Below, piece after piece: positions 10,333-18,789 of a DNA stretch of 64,000 bases (its first letter is position 1; the number at the start of each line of letters is the position of its first letter). The notes under the pieces were generated by a model, which had not been told where the DNA came from, did no database searches, and was given only the letters and a program-made list of their open reading frames with translations. The stretch is from Gammaproteobacteria bacterium (lineage in GTDB: Bacteria > Pseudomonadota > Gammaproteobacteria > Eutrophobiales > Eutrophobiaceae), in assembly GCA_965215365.1 (NCBI GenBank), contig CBDCDS010000003.1, forward strand, positions 1,536,001-1,600,000, written 5' to 3'. Made by a program: the position numbers and the translations under genes.

Positions 10333-12182
10333 ATCGTTCGGAACTCGATCCCGGCGTCTTCCATAAGCAGGGCGGTGTTGGTTTTCAGCTGATCATTATT
10401 TTTGAACAGGTGGTCCAGCGTGATAACAGATTGCGGGTTGACTGCCAGGATCGTTTTGATTGTTGCATCGTCAATGCTTTCCAGCGCAAGGGCGATGACT
10501 GTACCGAAGTCACGTACCAGGAACCAGTTGCCTTTGTCTTCTATTTCGGAAGTCAGGGACAAGCCGGATTTCAGTAATAATTCGTAGAGGACATGTTCAG
10601 TTTCCGCGTCTTCGACCAACGGGGTGATATGGATTTTAAGTTGCTTCTCCAACTCTTTTTCATCACGGATATGCTCGCCGCGCCAGGTCTTTAAGTTGGA
10701 TTTTTGCAGCTTGAAAACTTTGAAGCCGTCTTTGAGGTCATCTTTTTTAATCACCCGACGAATGCGTTCTTTGCCTATGTCGGCGATAGTTTTGTAGCCG
10801 GATTTGTACGCTTCGGACTTTTCATCGCAGGGTTCGGGGATCTGGACGCAGATGAATTTACGATTGCCGCCGTCCTCGGCATTGAGCTTCAGGACAGCAT
10901 CTGCGGTGGCACAGGAGCCAGCGAAGAAATCAAGATAAATTCCATTTTCATTCTGACATAACGACACTATCTTTTTCAACAGCCTCACAGGTTTGGGGTG
11001 ATCAAAAATATTTTTTATATCAGGGAATATCCTGTTTAGTTCGTCACTGGCCTCATCGTTAGTCCCAGCGTCGAGCCAGGTACTTCTTGTGTTGACTCCT
11101 CGATGATTAGCCAAGAATCTCTTTTTTTTAGGTTCTTTGGATTTGCCATCTCTTCCCCACCACACAAGGTCTTGCCTTTCATTTTCGTGATGAGTTTCCA
11201 ACGAACAGCCCCAAACTCTCGGTGAATCTGAATACGTATCGGGATATATTTCCTCTCCTGTATTCGGATTAGTAATGGGGTAATAAAGATTTTCCCTTTC
11301 TGTTTTTGTCCATTTGCTTCTGTAATCACCCTCGGCCCAAAGTCCCTTAGGGTCATTGTCAGGATTTTTATACTGCTTTTTTTGCTGTACACTTAGCTCT
11401 TGGCGGGGCAGTTGATCCGTGACTTTCCCATAAATAAAGATATTGTCATGAGTAAAAGCAAAAGATGGCTTGTTATCCCCACTTGTTTTTTTCCATGCTA
11501 TGCAACCAACGAAATTCTCCTCCCCAAAAATCTCATTCATCACCATCCGCAGATTATGCACCTCATTGTCGTCGATGGAGACGAAAATCAACCCATCTGC
11601 GCGTAGCAGGTTACGCGCCAGGAACAGGCGCGGGTAAATCATGCTGAGCCAGTTGGAGTGGAAATGACCATTTTCCCGGCTGTTTTTACGGAACATACCT
11701 TCACGGGTCATGCGCCCTTGTTCATCCTTGTCGCCAATGCGCTTCAGGTAAGCGTCCTTGCTCTCGGCGAAGCGGTCGGGATAGATGAAATGGTCGTTAC
11801 CGGTATTGTAGGGCGGGTCAATATAAATCATCCTGACTTTGCCGAAATATGACTTCTGCAGGACTTTCAGCACTTCCAAATTTTCGCCCTCAATAAACAA
11901 ATTATTGCTGTCGTCAAAATCCATGGACTCCTCGCGGCAAGGTCTCAGGGTAGCTGTGGTTGGCGACTGCAAGACACGAAACGCATCGGTTTTGCCGGCC
12001 CAGTTCAGGTGGTAGCGCTCATCTTTGAACTCAACCTCGCTGCCCAAGGCAACCCGCAGTTTTTCCCAATCAACTTTCCCCTCGCTGAATGCCTCCGGAA
12101 ATAATTCCCTCAGTCGGGCCAGTTTTTCCTCAGCGATATTAGGCGATTTACCATTCATGGGTTTTTCAGAATTTTCGTTCAA
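10329..12182 (-). CDS. mod: Type III modification methyltransferase (Mod, N6-adenine)
   Basis: IYIDPPYNTG, HPKP, DFFAGS motifs; AT-rich central target-recognition region; C-terminal NDQLKTN. Confidence 0.95.
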   Translation of the reverse strand: MNENSEKPMNGKSPNIAEEKLARLRELFPEAFSEGKVDWEKLRVALGSEVEFKDERYHLNWAGKTDAFRVLQSPTTATLRPCREESMDFDDSNNLFIEGENLEVLKVLQKSYFGKVRMIYIDPPYNTGNDHFIYPDRFAESKDAYLKRIGDKDEQGRMTREGMFRKNSRENGHFHSNWLSMIYPRLFLARNLLRADGLIFVSIDDNEVHNLRMVMNEIFGEENFVGCIAWKKTSGDNKPSFAFTHDNIFIYGKVTDQLPRQELSVQQKKQYKNPDNDPKGLWAEGDYRSKWTKTERENLYYPITNPNTGEEIYPDTYSDSPRVWGCSLETHHENERQDLVWWGRDGKSKEPKKKRFLANHRGVNTRSTWLDAGTNDEASDELNRIFPDIKNIFDHPKPVRLLKKIVSLCQNENGIYLDFFAGSCATADAVLKLNAEDGGNRKFICVQIPEPCDEKSEAYKSGYKTIADIGKERIRRVIKKDDLKDGFKVFKLQKSNLKTWRGEHIRDEKELEKQLKIHITPLVEDAETEHVLYELLLKSGLSLTSEIEDKGNWFLVRDFGTVIALALESIDDATIKTILAVNPQSVITLDHLFKNNDQLKTNTALLMEDAGIEFRTI

Positions 12183-12237
12183 ATACCTGCGTGCTAATCA
12201 AGGTTGCAGATTGAGGCATATAGGTTAGAATTTGGTT

Positions 12238-13473
12238 ATGAACGGTTTAACCTATGCGCTCATCATAGCATTGATCGCCGGCTTTTTGCTGCAATGGCGC
12301 CTGAGTGTGCGCCATATACGCCATATCAGGGCGCACCGGGGTGCGGTGCCGGATAACTTTGCGGATAAAATTCCCTTAGAGGCGCACCGCAAGGCGGCTG
12401 ATTATACCTGCGCCAAGACCCGGCTGCGGCTGGTCGAGTTGGTGGTATCGTCACTTATTCTGTTGCTCCTGACCCTGGGCGGCGGCCTGGATTGGATTGA
12501 TTCCGTCGTGCGCGCCTACCCGCTGTCCGGCCTGTGGACGGGAACAATCTTCATCCTGGCCGCGCTGTTAATCACCTCCCTGCTGGACTTGCCGTTGTCC
12601 CTGTACCGTACATTTGGACTGGAACAGCGTTTTGGTTTCAACAAGATGACGCTTGCGCTGTTTGTTTCCGACCTGCTGAAAAATGCGCTGCTGATGCTGG
12701 CCATCGGCACGCCGCTGCTGCTGCTGGTGCTGTGGTTCATGGACAATGCCGGCGCTTGGTGGTGGTTGTACGTGTGGCTGACCTGGCTGGGTTTCAACCT
12801 GGTCATGGTCTGGGCTTATCCTGCGTTCATTGCGCCTTTATTCAATAAATTCAGGCCGTTGCAGAATACCGACCTGGCCGCGCGCATCGGCGCGCTGCTG
12901 CACCGGAACGGCTTTACCAGCAACGGTATCTTTGTTATGGACGGCTCCACCCGCTCCACCCATGGCAACGCCTACTTCACCGGGTTGGGGGCGAATAAAC
13001 GGATCGTCTTTTTCGATACCTTGATCGATGAATTGTCCTACGACGAGATAGAGGCGGTGCTGGCCCACGAACTGGGGCATTTCAAATGCGGCCACGTCAA
13101 AAAACGCCTGTCAATACTGGGGGCAACCTTTCTCGCCGGCTTTGCCGTGCTGGGCATTTTGCTGGAGCAGCCCTGGTTTTATAGCGGTCTGGGCGTCAGT
13201 GAGCCCTCTGCCTACATGGCCCTGACCCTGTTCGTGCTGGTGGCGCCGGCATTTACGTGCTTCCTGCAACCGTTGTTCTCAGTGGTTTCCCGTAAACATG
13301 AATTTGAGGCTGACGATTTCGCCAAAGAACAGGTGCCGGCCGGCAGTCTGATCAACGCCCTGGTGAAACTCTACCGGGAAAATGCCAACACCCTGACCCC
13401 GGACCCGATGTACTCGGCGTTTCACGACTCACACCCGCCGGCACCCATCAGGGTGGCGCACCTGGGGGGTTAG
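12238..13473 (+). CDS. M48 family (Ste24-like) membrane zinc metallopeptidase
   Basis: Multiple TM segments, NAYFTG, HELGH zinc motif, EFEAD, SHPP; stop codon supplied by the repeat at 13471. Confidence 0.93.
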   Translation: MNGLTYALIIALIAGFLLQWRLSVRHIRHIRAHRGAVPDNFADKIPLEAHRKAADYTCAKTRLRLVELVVSSLILLLLTLGGGLDWIDSVVRAYPLSGLWTGTIFILAALLITSLLDLPLSLYRTFGLEQRFGFNKMTLALFVSDLLKNALLMLAIGTPLLLLVLWFMDNAGAWWWLYVWLTWLGFNLVMVWAYPAFIAPLFNKFRPLQNTDLAARIGALLHRNGFTSNGIFVMDGSTRSTHGNAYFTGLGANKRIVFFDTLIDELSYDEIEAVLAHELGHFKCGHVKKRLSILGATFLAGFAVLGILLEQPWFYSGLGVSEPSAYMALTLFVLVAPAFTCFLQPLFSVVSRKHEFEADDFAKEQVPAGSLINALVKLYRENANTLTPDPMYSAFHDSHPPAPIRVAHLGG

Positions 13474-13532
13474 CCCGCAGGCAGAACCAATCCGGCGCGA
13501 GCTTCGCATCACCTGGTGAGAACTGCGGGTTA
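13471..13532 (+). repeat. Full 62-bp TA-bounded repeat (MITE-like)
   Basis: TAGCCCGCAG...CTGCGGGTTA terminal inverted repeats; near-identical to copies at 41298 and 46793. Confidence 0.92.
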
Positions 13533-13625
13533 GGAAAACAGTTTTATCGCCACCATCAGCAATGGCGGCCGGGCGAGGATGGCACCGGCATTGCGACGCT
13601 ATGTCACACATTATTTCACACTACT

Positions 13626-14252
13626 TCATGCGGCCACTTCGCGTCGGCCGGCCAGGGCGTGGGACAGGGTGTGGCTGTCGATGTATTCCAGTTCGCCGCC
13701 TAGGGGCACGCCGTGGGCGATGCGGGTGACGCGGATTGGATGGTTGCGTACCAGGTCGTTGATATAGTGTGCGGTGGCCTCGCCCTCCATGGTCGAGTTG
13801 GTGGCCAGTATCACCTCTTTAACCTCGGCGCTGCCGGCGGCGCCCTCCCGGGCGCCGGCAAGCTGCGCCGCCAGTTTATCCAGGCCCAGTTCCTGCGGGC
13901 CGATGCCATCTAAGGGCGACAGGCGTCCCATCAGCACAAAATACTTACCTTGGTAACCCGCCTCTTCCATGGCAAATACGTCGGCAGGGCTTTCCACAAT
14001 GCACAGCAGGGAGCTATCCCGCTGCTCGCTCAGGCACAAACTGCATATCGGGGTTTCACTGAAATTGCGGCAGCGTTCACAGGCACCGATGTGTGTCATT
14101 GCCTCTGTTAACGCCAGCGCCAGGGCTTTCCCCCCGCCCCGGTCGCGTTGCAACAGGTGATAGCTGATGCGCTGGGCGGACTTCCTGCCGATGCCGGGCA
14201 ACCGGCACAGGGCCTGGATTAGCGCGCTTAGCCTGGCAGGTTCAGACTGCAT
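13626..14252 (-). CDS. recR: Recombination mediator RecR
   Basis: LPGIGRKSAQR, C4 zinc finger, LSPLDGIGP, Toprim EGEATA; dnaX-ybaB-recR synteny. Confidence 0.96.
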   Translation of the reverse strand: MQSEPARLSALIQALCRLPGIGRKSAQRISYHLLQRDRGGGKALALALTEAMTHIGACERCRNFSETPICSLCLSEQRDSSLLCIVESPADVFAMEEAGYQGKYFVLMGRLSPLDGIGPQELGLDKLAAQLAGAREGAAGSAEVKEVILATNSTMEGEATAHYINDLVRNHPIRVTRIAHGVPLGGELEYIDSHTLSHALAGRREVAA

Positions 14253-14295
14253 TTCTGAACATGTCAGAAGCAAATAGAAAGAGCGCCGGCGCCAT

Positions 14296-14619
14296 TCAGA
14301 ATGGCAGCTTGAAGCCCGCCGGCAGGCCGAGCGCAGAGGCGGCATCGCTCATCTTGTCCTGCACGGCTTTTTCCACGCGCCGGTTGGCGTCATTCACGGC
14401 TGCGGCGAGCAGGTCTTCCAGCATCTCCTTGTCCCCGGCCAACAGTGTGGGGTCTATGTCAACCCGTTTCACGTCGTGGCCACCGGTCATCACTACCTTC
14501 ACCATGCCGGCGCCGGCTTCGCCCTGCACCTCGACGGTAGCGATCTCTTCCTGCGCCCGTTGCATATTTTCCTGTACCTGCCGGGCTTGCTTCATAATGT
14601 CGCCAAAAGCACTTTTCAT
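14296..14619 (-). CDS. ybaB: YbaB/EbfC nucleoid-associated protein
   Basis: [40 protein letters not shown]. Confidence 0.94.
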   Translation of the reverse strand: MKSAFGDIMKQARQVQENMQRAQEEIATVEVQGEAGAGMVKVVMTGGHDVKRVDIDPTLLAGDKEMLEDLLAAAVNDANRRVEKAVQDKMSDAASALGLPAGFKLPF

Positions 14620-14640
14620 TCGTTTCTCCGCAGCTGATAA

Positions 14641-14666
14641 GGCCACCTCTAAAACACGAGGTGGCC
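14641..14666. repeat. Short palindrome, ACCTCT..GAGGT family
   Basis: GGCCACCTCTAAAACACGAGGTGGCC; related to 16474, 18497, 45697, 48875 and 59007. Confidence 0.6.
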
Positions 14667-14793
14667 GTGCAGCATTATGGATATGCTGCTATTTTTAAGC
14701 ATTTAAGTGCTTGAAAATGAAGGAAATAAAAAATCACACTTTTTTCATTTCCGTCTCCAAAAATGCCACGAGGGACATTTTTATGGGCTCCTT

Positions 14794-16434
14794 TTATTTG
14801 GTCTCAGAATACCTGATCGAGTCCTCGTCAATGGTTGCGCCAAACGTTTCCATGAACAGTTTAACATCCGGGTTGTTTTCGACTGCGTGCCGGGCGGCTT
14901 GTTTTTTCTCAAGTGCTTCACGGGCTGCAACTTGTGCCGGTGTTTCCTGCGCGGCTTCCTCGGTGGTTAGCGTCAGCGTCAGGTCGCTGCCGAAGTGCGC
15001 ACTGAGCGCAGACTGTAACTTATCCTTCTGATGCGCGCTCAAAATATGTTCCTGCTCCGGGTTCAGGTTCAGGTGTATCCGTTGCCCCCGGCGCTCCCGA
15101 AAGGTGCAATGTAAGGCCAGCTCTCTCGTCAACCCGGTCAAGGCCATACTGTCGATAAACTGACGCCAGTCTTCATTACTGTGCAGTGTCGCCGGCAGGG
15201 CCGAGGCCGCCGCCGGTGCTGAGCGGGCATCGGCAGGCGGTACAACATCATTGTTGCGGGTGTCGGCCGCCGCTGCGGTGACTGTGCCGGACCCCGCCGC
15301 CGCAGAACCAGGGGCAGCCAGCTTTCCCTCATCATGCTGTTGTGGCGTGTTAGCGGTGTCCACGGGCGTGAAAGCCAGCATACGGATCAGGGTCATCTCA
15401 AACGCGGCTCTAGGGTCGGGCGCAAGCGCCAGGTCCCTGCGTCCGTTCAAAGCTATCTGGTAATACAGTTGTACGTCTTCCTTAGTCAGCGTGCGGGCCA
15501 GGCGGCGACCATCTTCGTCAATCAGGTCGGAACCTTCCGGCAATACCTGCGCCACTGCGGTATCATGCAGGAGAGACAGCAGTCCTGCCAACAGCGCGTC
15601 ATAATCAGGCGACAGTTCAGCCATTTTGTTGACGCGCGCCAACATGGACGCGGCATCCCGCTCAACAATATCCGTGAGCAGGGCGCACAACTCCTCGCCG
15701 TCGATGGCACCGAGCATATCTTGCACCTGCATGGCTTCCAAGCGCCCATCACCGAAGGATACAGCCTGATCGAGCAGACTCAAAGCGTCGCGCATGCTGC
15801 CGTCTGCGGCCTGGGCAATCAGGCCGGCGCAGGACGGCTCCGCGGTAACGTTCTCCTCACCCAGAATTTTAAGCAACTGGGTCTCTATCTGCTCAGTACC
15901 CAGGTGTTTAAGGTTGAATTGCAGGCAACGCGACAGGATGGTGACCGGGATACGCTTGGGTTCGGTCGTTGCCAGCAGGAATTTTACGTGAGGTGGCGGT
16001 TCTTCCAGGGTTTTCAATAAAGCATTGAAGCTGTGCTTGGAAAACATGTGCACTTCATCAATGAGATAAACCTTGTATCTGCCCGCAGTCGGCGCATACT
16101 GCACGTTATCCATCAGCTCACGGGTCTCATCCACCTTGGCCCGGGAGGCGGCATCGACCTCGATTAAATCCACAAATCGGCCCTCGTCAATGCCGGTGCA
16201 GGCGCTGCACTGTCCACACGGATCAGAACTGACTCCGGCCTCGCAGTTGAGACACTTCGCCAGGATGCGCGCCAGCGTGGTCTTGCCCACCCCGCGCGTG
16301 CCGGTAAACAGGTAGGCATGGTGTAACCGGTCGGAATCCAGCGCGTTCACCAGCACTTTGAGAACATGGCCTTGTCCGACCATGTCCTTAAACAGACGCG
16401 GCCGCCATTTGCGCGCGAGAACCTGATAGCTCAT
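14794..16434 (-). CDS. dnaX: DNA polymerase III subunit gamma/tau
   Basis: MSYQVLARKWRP, GTRGVGKTT, DEVHM, NALLKTLEEPP, SRC. Confidence 0.97.
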   Translation of the reverse strand: MSYQVLARKWRPRLFKDMVGQGHVLKVLVNALDSDRLHHAYLFTGTRGVGKTTLARILAKCLNCEAGVSSDPCGQCSACTGIDEGRFVDLIEVDAASRAKVDETRELMDNVQYAPTAGRYKVYLIDEVHMFSKHSFNALLKTLEEPPPHVKFLLATTEPKRIPVTILSRCLQFNLKHLGTEQIETQLLKILGEENVTAEPSCAGLIAQAADGSMRDALSLLDQAVSFGDGRLEAMQVQDMLGAIDGEELCALLTDIVERDAASMLARVNKMAELSPDYDALLAGLLSLLHDTAVAQVLPEGSDLIDEDGRRLARTLTKEDVQLYYQIALNGRRDLALAPDPRAAFEMTLIRMLAFTPVDTANTPQQHDEGKLAAPGSAAAGSGTVTAAAADTRNNDVVPPADARSAPAAASALPATLHSNEDWRQFIDSMALTGLTRELALHCTFRERRGQRIHLNLNPEQEHILSAHQKDKLQSALSAHFGSDLTLTLTTEEAAQETPAQVAAREALEKKQAARHAVENNPDVKLFMETFGATIDEDSIRYSETK

Positions 16435-16516
16435 AGAATTTATTTATATGTTTTAATCTCGATTAACCTGAAAGGCATCTCTGCAAATCAGAGGTTCCTC
16501 AAAGGTGCCTCTAAAA

Positions 16517-16628
16517 GCGTCCTGCACCGTTCTTGGCCCGGCGCCCGCATCCATTGTTACCGCTGCTCCCTTTCGGGCCTGACGGGGTTCACAACTTCGC
16601 GCCGCGGGGAGACCGGCGCAGGCCGCAC
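16517..16628 (-). ncRNA. ffs: Signal recognition particle 4.5S RNA
   Basis: Minus strand GTCAGGCCCGAAAGGGAGCAGC helix-8 motif, complementary ends, usual position upstream of dnaX; ends approximate. Confidence 0.9.
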
Positions 16629-16752
16629 CGTTCATACTAGCATAAATGGCCGCATATCCCTACACTAAGACCAGCTATCCCGAGATGACGCGATGATCTT
16701 TCCCCATAGACACCGGCGAGGCACAAAGGGAGGACGTGACCGGGTTCAATAG

Positions 16753-17013
16753 CGGATCGATGCCGAAGAAAAGATCGAACCTCGAGACTGGATGCCGGAC
16801 GCCTACCGCGATGGCGCTCTGGACAACGGCGTTGACCTGCCGTTCGCCTGCAAGGGCGGAGTCTGCGCCACCTGCAAGGCAAAGCTGCTGGAGGGGGAAG
16901 TGGACATGGATATCAACCACGCCCTGGAAGACGATGAAGTAGCAGCAGGCTACATACTCACCTGCCAGTCGCACCCGGTCAGCGCGCGGGTGGTGGTTGA
17001 TTTTGACCAGTGA
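16753..17013 (+). pseudogene. In-frame fusion scar of PaaA N-terminus and PaaE C-terminal 2Fe-2S ferredoxin domain
   Basis: RIDAEEKIEPRDWMPDAYR (PaaA-like) runs directly into DGALDNGVDLPFACKGGVCATC...LTCQSHP...VDFD (PaaE-like); in-frame TAG at 16750. Confidence 0.82.
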
Positions 17014-17048
17014 GTCGGGTGCGACGCAGGCAGGGAACCAGCTGCCGG

Positions 17049-17138
17049 CTAGTCCCCGTGTTTATCATTATATTCAGCTACCTTGATAGCAAAAATAACG
17101 AACGCTGCGATGATCAACGCACCAATTGCAGGTTCCAT
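17049..17138 (-). CDS. 29-aa single-TM small protein (MEPAIGALIIAAFVIFAIKVAEYNDKHGD)
   Basis: GAGGTG Shine-Dalgarno overlapping the upstream gene's stop; one hydrophobic helix; below the ORF-track cutoff. Confidence 0.6.
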   Translation of the reverse strand: MEPAIGALIIAAFVIFAIKVAEYNDKHGD

Positions 17139-17267
17139 AGCATCACCTCTTTTTAATTGCGTAAGCCCACAATGCCAAACCAACAAGAAAAACCGATACC
17201 GCGCTGGCAGCAACCACCTCCTGCAGGAACAATCCTAGCAGCCCGGCAATGATCAACGCAAGCGATA

Positions 17268-18399
17268 TGTCCAGGTTCAATACATATGAGACTCAGAGGC
17301 AGGCTGTGTGAGTTGTTGATAATACTCCATTGGGGTTAATAAACCAATACCGTTATGCGGGCGGTAGGTATTGTAGTATTGCTGATACTCTGCCAGTTTG
17401 CGGTTGATGGCGGCCACGGTCAGTGGACCCTCGTAGAACGGATAGAACTCATAGCGGCTGGTGGCGTTGGCGCGTTCTACACAGCCGTTGTATTCGGGTT
17501 TTTTCGGGGGCAGCACGTACAGGGGGATTCCTAAGTCCTGGCAAGCCTGCTCGAACTCATCTCGGAACTCCGAGCCGCCATCGACCTGGATAGAACGGAT
17601 GGGAAACGGCGCCTCACCGAGCAGCGCTTTTAAGAAGCGCCGGGCATTGCCACTGGTGGCCCGACTGTAGGCTCGCAGCGCACTCCATTTGCTCACCGGA
17701 CAGACGGCCTTGAACTCCTTCACCGTGATGCCGTCCGTGAAGCCGACACTCATGTGGTCTATCTGCATCAACTCCCCTGGCGCCTTAGCCTTCATCCCGT
17801 AGCGCCAGCGCTTGGCATGATGGGTAAACGCCCGGCGGCGCTTAGGCTTCACCCGGCCATAGTAAAACGCCACCGGCTTGACCCGACCCAGCCGCACCAG
17901 CTTCGCCACGATGCGCCCGACCGTACTCTCGCTCAAAGTCCAGCCCTGCTCGCGCACCCCCACCCGCCAGAGCTTACGCTTACCCCATAACGGATAACGT
18001 TGGCGAAGGTGCAAGACCTGCTGCTCGTGCTGGCGCGTCCATTGCGGCACACGCCGCCGCCGCGGCGCACGAGAGCCACACCCCAGACCCTTCAGCCCAT
18101 GTTCACGATACCGCTTCAACCAACGGTAGTAGGTCGCCCTCGACCAACCTACTGCTGCCAGTGCCGTCGCCTCACCACACCCATCCTCGCGTAACGTCGC
18201 AACCAATTCCAACTGCTTCAAACGACCGCGCGCGTCAGCATCGGTAGTATCATCGACGCGCCAACTGCGATATGATTTCACCCGCAGGCTTTTGATCTGC
18301 ATCGGGTAGTCCTCCTGTGTCAATTAGTTGAGATTAATTCACACACAGACTACCCGATTTCTTTATCTAAAGAGTCTCACTTGTTTCTGAACCCGGACA
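17268..18399 (-). mobile_element. IS481-family insertion sequence, 1132 bp
   Basis: TGT...ACA ends, imperfect 27-28 bp TIRs (TGTCCAGGTTCA..TGAGACTC), 6-bp TSD GCGATA at 17262-17267 and 18400-18405. Confidence 0.93.
17277..18302 (-). CDS. IS481-family DDE transposase
   Basis: HTH (SRATYYRW), QID, QVDGGSEF, NGCVERAN, YNTYRPH integrase core; AGGAGG SD before ATG 18302. Confidence 0.92.
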   Translation of the reverse strand: MQIKSLRVKSYRSWRVDDTTDADARGRLKQLELVATLREDGCGEATALAAVGWSRATYYRWLKRYREHGLKGLGCGSRAPRRRRVPQWTRQHEQQVLHLRQRYPLWGKRKLWRVGVREQGWTLSESTVGRIVAKLVRLGRVKPVAFYYGRVKPKRRRAFTHHAKRWRYGMKAKAPGELMQIDHMSVGFTDGITVKEFKAVCPVSKWSALRAYSRATSGNARRFLKALLGEAPFPIRSIQVDGGSEFRDEFEQACQDLGIPLYVLPPKKPEYNGCVERANATSRYEFYPFYEGPLTVAAINRKLAEYQQYYNTYRPHNGIGLLTPMEYYQQLTQPASESHMY

Positions 18400-18496
18400 G
18401 CGATATTTTCCGGGCGTCTTCCAAAAGGAAGTTCCGGTCAGGCTTCCAGATACTGAACAATTTTTTCATTGTTGCGACCTTGCATTCCAGATTTTA

Positions 18497-18597
18497 GGGA
18501 ACCTCTAAAAATACCCTCCGTGGTATTTTGTGATGCGCCCCTTCCCTGGGGCGCCCCCTGTGGACGTCGAAGCCGACGTCCAATAATAGAGGCGCCC
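18497..18597. mobile_element. ~100-bp MITE-like element with GGGAACCTCTA...TAGAGGCGCCC ends
   Basis: Imperfect terminal inverted repeats, internal hairpins, ends shared with short palindromes elsewhere in the window. Confidence 0.6.
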
Positions 18598-18652
18598 TTT
18601 ATGCAGCTGAGTTTATCCGTTTCAGGCCGAATGAAAAGCAGAAAATCACCAA

Positions 18653-18674
18653 AAATGTGACAAAAGTCACATTT
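18653..18674. promoter_or_regulatory. CRP/FNR-family-like operator
   Basis: AAATGTGA-CAAAAG-TCACATTT matches both arms of the CRP consensus AAATGTGA-N6-TCACATTT. Confidence 0.55.
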
Positions 18675-18789
18675 CCCGCTCGATTATGAAACCAATCAGC
18701 AAGCTGCTGGAGGAATTTGCCACTCGCAAGCCAACTGAAACCGCCCGACCAGGAATTTCATGCACGCTTTACCGAGGACGACTGGTCAT

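Larger units (their letters stand above)
17143..18469 (-). pseudogene. 62-aa two-TM membrane protein gene interrupted by IS481 element
   Basis: Removing the IS and one GCGATA copy restores MKKLFSIWKPDRNFLLEDARKISLALIIAGLLGLFLQEVVAASAVSVFLVGLALWAYAIKKR*. Confidence 0.75.

Noticed and set aside
10329-12182. Possible phase-variable mod gene (phasevarion)
   Set aside because: No simple sequence repeat tract found in or upstream of mod.
4217-12190. 9-bp inverted repeat GCAGGTATT/AATACCTGC flanking the R-M block
   Set aside because: Too short to distinguish from chance; no integrase, transposase or target duplication nearby.
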